DNA of 17,004 nucleotides. Source: Solirubrobacteraceae bacterium. GTDB lineage: Bacteria > Actinomycetota > Thermoleophilia > Solirubrobacterales > Solirubrobacteraceae. Made by a program: the position numbers and the translations under genes. Below are positions 13,820 to 17,004 of the stretch, piece by piece; positions within the stretch are counted from its first letter, which is position 1, and the number at the start of each line of letters is the position of its first letter. Where the stretch lies: positions 1 to 17,004 of the forward strand of contig JBPCQX010000217.1 in NCBI GenBank assembly GCA_050997675.1, written 5' to 3'. The notes under the pieces are model-generated. The model searched no databases. It was not told the DNA's origin and saw only the letters and a list, made by a program, of their open reading frames with translations.

Positions 13820-16800
13820 GCGCCCAGCCTGCCACTTACCCGAGACAGCACCGCCGCGCGCTGGGCGCCGAGCCCGCGGCCAGGCTCACGACCACAAGCG
13901 CGGCCAGCGGGCCGACGCCCGATCATCTGCCGGTCGCGCTGCGCGCCTTCACCGAGACACCAGAGCCCGACCCCGACGCCGAGCAGAACAGCCGGAAGCC
14001 GGGCACGCGTGGCGGGCGCGCTCAGCGCGAGGACCGCTACGTGCTCGTGCTCGACACCGAGACCACCACCTGTCAGGCGCAGCGGCTTACGTTCGGGGTC
14101 TACCGCTACTACCGCACCCGCCGGACCGGCGGAAAGCTCTACTGCGTGGACGAGGGCATCTTCCACTCAGACGAGTTGCCCGGCGAAGATCCCGACGGCT
14201 ACCGGCTGCTGCGGAAGTACGCGAAGTACCGCGAACCCGCTGTCGATTGGACGCCCGGCGACTCGCTGACCGAGGACGCGGCGATCCAAATCCAGTTGCT
14301 GCCTGCCTCCGAGATGCGGGAGCTGCTGCATGCCGCCGCCTACCGCAACCGCGCGCTCGTGGTGTGTTTCAACCTGCCGTTCGACCTCTCCCGGCTCGCG
14401 ACCGACTGGACCGAAACCCGCGGCGGCAAGACAAGAAGGCAGCGGCAAGCATCGAGCTTCGCCGGAGGGTTCACGTTGCGCTACTTCGAGCACGACGGCA
14501 AGCCCAACCGCTACCGGCCCGAGCTGCGAATCAAGACGATCGACTCCAAGCGGGCGCTAAAACAGTTCAGCGCCCCGCACGAAATCGAGGACCGCGACCG
14601 CACCGCTGACGGGCAATCGTTCCGCGGACATCTGCTCGACCTGCGCACGATCGCGTTCGCGCTAACAGACAAAGGGCACTCGTTGGAGAGCGCCTGTGAG
14701 GCCTTCAAGGTCTCACACCACAAGGTGCTGGGTAACGCCGGATGCGAGCGGCGAGGAATACCAACCGGCAAGCAAAAAGAGCCGTACAAGAAGCAGGAAG
14801 CAGAGCACGGCAAGATAACCCCCGAATACATCGACTACTGCCGTGACGACGTGGCCGCCACCGCCAAGCTATACGAGGCCGTGGTGCGGGAGTACCGCCG
14901 GCACCCGATCAGCCTGCAAATCACCAAAGCGTTCTCACCCGCGTCGATCGGCAAGTCCTACCTCGACGCGATGGGCGTCCGCTCGCGCCGAGAGCGCCAA
15001 GCCGACTTCCCCCGGGACGTGCTCGGCAAGGCGATGAGCGCCTACTACGGCGGACGGGCCGAATGCCTCATCCGTCGCGTGGCGGTCCCGGTCGTCTATC
15101 TCGACTTCCTCTCTATGTATCCGACCGTGAACGCGCTGATGGGCTTGTGGCAGCACGTGACCGCCGCGCGGATCGAAGTGCAAGACGCCACCGCCGAGGT
15201 GCGAACGCTCGTCAGCACGATCGACCTCGAAGCGTGCCTGAACCCTGCGACGTGGCAGGAGCTGCCCGCGCTGGTGCAGATCAAGCCGGCCGACCATGTG
15301 CTCCCCGTCCGCGCCCGCTACGGCAACGCCCGCTCCTGGGGGATCGGCTCAAACCCGCTCTGGTCAGACGAGCCCATGTGGTACGCGCTCCCGGACGTGA
15401 TCGCCTCCAAGCTGATCACCGGCAAGACGCCCGAGATCATCCAGGCGATCAGACTCGTGCCCGTCGGCCGGCAGCGAGGGCTGCGATCGGTGAAGCTCCG
15501 CGGCGAGGTTGAGATCGACCCACTCCGTCACGACCTGTTCCGCGCGGCGATCGAACAGCGCCGGCAGCTTGACGATAAGACCGGGCCGACCGGCCGCTTT
15601 CTCAAGACGTTCGCGACCGGCACCGGCTACGGCATCTATGCAGAAATGAACCGCCGCGAGCTGCCTGGCGGACAGCGGCAACAGGTGACCGTCTACGGGC
15701 TTGGCGATAACCCGTTCACCGCGTCCGTGACCGCGCCCGAGCAGCCCGGCGCTTTCGCGTTCCCTCCGATGGCCGCGTGCATCACCGCCGCCGCCCGGCT
15801 CATGCTCGCCACCCTCGAAACGCTCGTCACCCAGGCCCGCGGCACTTGGGCGTTCTGCGACACCGACTCCATGGCCATCGTCGCCACGCAGCACGGCGGG
15901 CTCGTCCCATGCCCCGGCGGCGCCATGCGAGACTCCGACGGCCGCGAGAGCGTGCGGGCGCTCTCATGGGCGCAGGTGGACGAGATCGTGCAGCGGTTCG
16001 AGAGCCTCAACCCCTACGACCGCCAGATCGTGCCCGGCTCGGTGCTGGAGATCGAAGCCGAGAACTACGGTCCGGACGTAGAGCGCCGACAGCTTCACTG
16101 CTACTCGATCTCAGCCAAGCGCTACACGCTCTACAACCTCGACCAGCACGGGCAGCCAATCCTCCGCAAGATCACCGACGAGGACGACGCCGAGGATGAC
16201 GAGCCGGCAGACTCAGACGAGCCCACGGACACGCTCGACGGACTGCGCAAGCACTCCGAGCACGGACTCGGGCACCTGCTCAACCCCACCAATCCCGAGA
16301 ACGAGTCGCGGGACTGGATCGTCCAGCTCTGGCAGCACATCATCCGCATCGACGCGCCGCACCAAAGCGCCTCAGACAGCCAACCGAAGGCGCGCCGCAA
16401 GCCGGCACGAAACATGACAAGCCGGCGCCCGGCCCGCGGGCAGCGCTCGACGAGCACGGACTCCGACGAGCCCGACTGGCTCGACCGGCCCGCGCTGACC
16501 CGGACCACCATCACAAGCCCGCGGCTGCTCAAGCCCTCCACCGAACAGGGCCGCAAGCGCCCGGCCGCCGAACGCATCCGCCCCTACAACTTCCTGCTCG
16601 TCGCGCACGTCGCCAACCCCGGGCTCCAAAACATCCCGGAGCGCTTCCTGCTCATCGCGCCCTACGAATCAGACCCGCGCAAGTGGCGACGGTTGCCCTG
16701 GACCAACGCTTATGAGCCCGGCAGCCGGTACAAGATCGTCACCGACGACGGCGACGGCGAGCAGCTCGCAAGCGCGATCGACGGCCGGGTAATCGTCAAG

Positions 16801-17004
16801 ACCTACCGCAGCGTGCTCGCCGACCACCGAACCCACCCCGAAGCAAAGAGCCTCGGACCCGACGGACAACCCTGCAACCGCGCCACCGTGGGTCTGCTAT
16901 CCCGCCGGCCCGTCAAAGCAGCCGCGATCCACCACATCGGCAAAGAGTCCAACAAGATCGAAGAAGCCGCCTCCGGGCTCGTGACCGACCTCGATGACGC
17001 GCTC
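13816..17004 (+). CDS. polB: Family-B DNA polymerase with 3'-5' exonuclease domain; partial, continues past the window end
   Basis: The frame is open for 1063 codons from GTG 13816 to the window edge. It is absent from the ORF track only because it has no stop. The motifs are: ExoI VLVLDTETT (D80, E82), ExoII VCFNLPFD (aa 186-190), ExoIII YCRDD (aa 341-345), SAYYGGRAEC, motif A YLDFLSMYPT (D430), motif B KTFATGTGYGIYAE (K597), motif C AFCDTDSMAIV (D682, D684) and KxY SAKRYTLY (K768). Confidence 0.9.
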   Translation, partial: MSAQPATYPRQHRRALGAEPAARLTTTSAASGPTPDHLPVALRAFTETPEPDPDAEQNSRKPGTRGGRAQREDRYVLVLDTETTTCQAQRLTFGVYRYYRTRRTGGKLYCVDEGIFHSDELPGEDPDGYRLLRKYAKYREPAVDWTPGDSLTEDAAIQIQLLPASEMRELLHAAAYRNRALVVCFNLPFDLSRLATDWTETRGGKTRRQRQASSFAGGFTLRYFEHDGKPNRYRPELRIKTIDSKRALKQFSAPHEIEDRDRTADGQSFRGHLLDLRTIAFALTDKGHSLESACEAFKVSHHKVLGNAGCERRGIPTGKQKEPYKKQEAEHGKITPEYIDYCRDDVAATAKLYEAVVREYRRHPISLQITKAFSPASIGKSYLDAMGVRSRRERQADFPRDVLGKAMSAYYGGRAECLIRRVAVPVVYLDFLSMYPTVNALMGLWQHVTAARIEVQDATAEVRTLVSTIDLEACLNPATWQELPALVQIKPADHVLPVRARYGNARSWGIGSNPLWSDEPMWYALPDVIASKLITGKTPEIIQAIRLVPVGRQRGLRSVKLRGEVEIDPLRHDLFRAAIEQRRQLDDKTGPTGRFLKTFATGTGYGIYAEMNRRELPGGQRQQVTVYGLGDNPFTASVTAPEQPGAFAFPPMAACITAAARLMLATLETLVTQARGTWAFCDTDSMAIVATQHGGLVPCPGGAMRDSDGRESVRALSWAQVDEIVQRFESLNPYDRQIVPGSVLEIEAENYGPDVERRQLHCYSISAKRYTLYNLDQHGQPILRKITDEDDAEDDEPADSDEPTDTLDGLRKHSEHGLGHLLNPTNPENESRDWIVQLWQHIIRIDAPHQSASDSQPKARRKPARNMTSRRPARGQRSTSTDSDEPDWLDRPALTRTTITSPRLLKPSTEQGRKRPAAERIRPYNFLLVAHVANPGLQNIPERFLLIAPYESDPRKWRRLPWTNAYEPGSRYKIVTDDGDGEQLASAIDGRVIVKTYRSVLADHRTHPEAKSLGPDGQPCNRATVGLLSRRPVKAAAIHHIGKESNKIEEAASGLVTDLDDAL

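Larger units (their letters stand above)
8209..17004. mobile_element. Casposon-like element core (Cas1-solo plus PolB plus HNH/ParB-like/HTH accessory genes); both borders unresolved
   Basis: A stand-alone cas1 and a polB co-occur within 4.2 kb with no cas2, cas4, effectors or CRISPR array. The accessory gene set (HNH, HTH) is like those reported in casposons. The left border could lie in 7919-8208 or 7071-7390, in which case the TA pair is included. The right border is beyond 17004. Confidence 0.6.

Noticed and set aside
13777-15894. Minus-strand ORFs inside polB (13777-14166, 14167-14493, 14511-14831, 14935-15297, 15364-15894)
   Set aside because: The plus frame is open for 1063 codons with a full set of PolB motifs. 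The antisense ORFs show no recognisable features.
1-17004. A CRISPR array or other cas genes accompanying cas1
   Set aside because: I found no series of regularly spaced 25-40 bp direct repeats on either strand. No ORF resembles Cas2, Cas4 or effector proteins. Cas1 is therefore treated as stand-alone, although sequence beyond 17004 is unseen.
13816-17004. The PolB as a pipolin-type primer-independent polymerase
   Set aside because: As I recall, pipolin polymerases have an altered motif C and sit with tyrosine recombinases. Here motif C is a canonical DTDS and the neighbouring integrase is Cas1. This rests on memory and should be settled by phylogeny.

Overview
High-GC bacterial window with Actinomycetota-like codon usage. 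I see no rRNA or tRNA genes and no CRISPR array. It splits into three parts. (1) 315-7070: a decayed, 5'-truncated MFS efflux pseudogene abuts an AT-rich promoter island. That promoter drives a nitrogen-scavenging operon: a BiuH-like isochorismatase-family cysteine hydrolase, allophanate hydrolase, an NCS1-type permease and a second amidase-signature amidase. A GntR/FCD regulator lies convergent to the operon. (2) 7071-8208: a palindrome-rich spacer, a small toxin-antitoxin-like pair whose RelE/ParE-like toxin appears frameshifted, and a second 290-bp non-coding gap. (3) 8209 to the window end: the main finding. A stand-alone Cas1 homolog carries a C-terminal Zn-ribbon and a winged-helix-like tail. 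It is preceded by an unknown 341-aa gene. Diverging from these is a tightly translationally coupled operon: RHH regulator, 53-aa basic ORF, ParB-like protein, unknown protein, HTH protein, HNH nuclease, and a family-B DNA polymerase of more than 1063 aa that runs off the window. Cas1 plus PolB with no cas2, cas4, effector genes or repeat-spacer array is the hallmark of a casposon-like self-synthesizing mobile element. Its borders (TIRs, target-site duplication) cannot be fixed here because the right end lies outside the window. All family calls rest on motifs read by eye from the translations. No database search was run.
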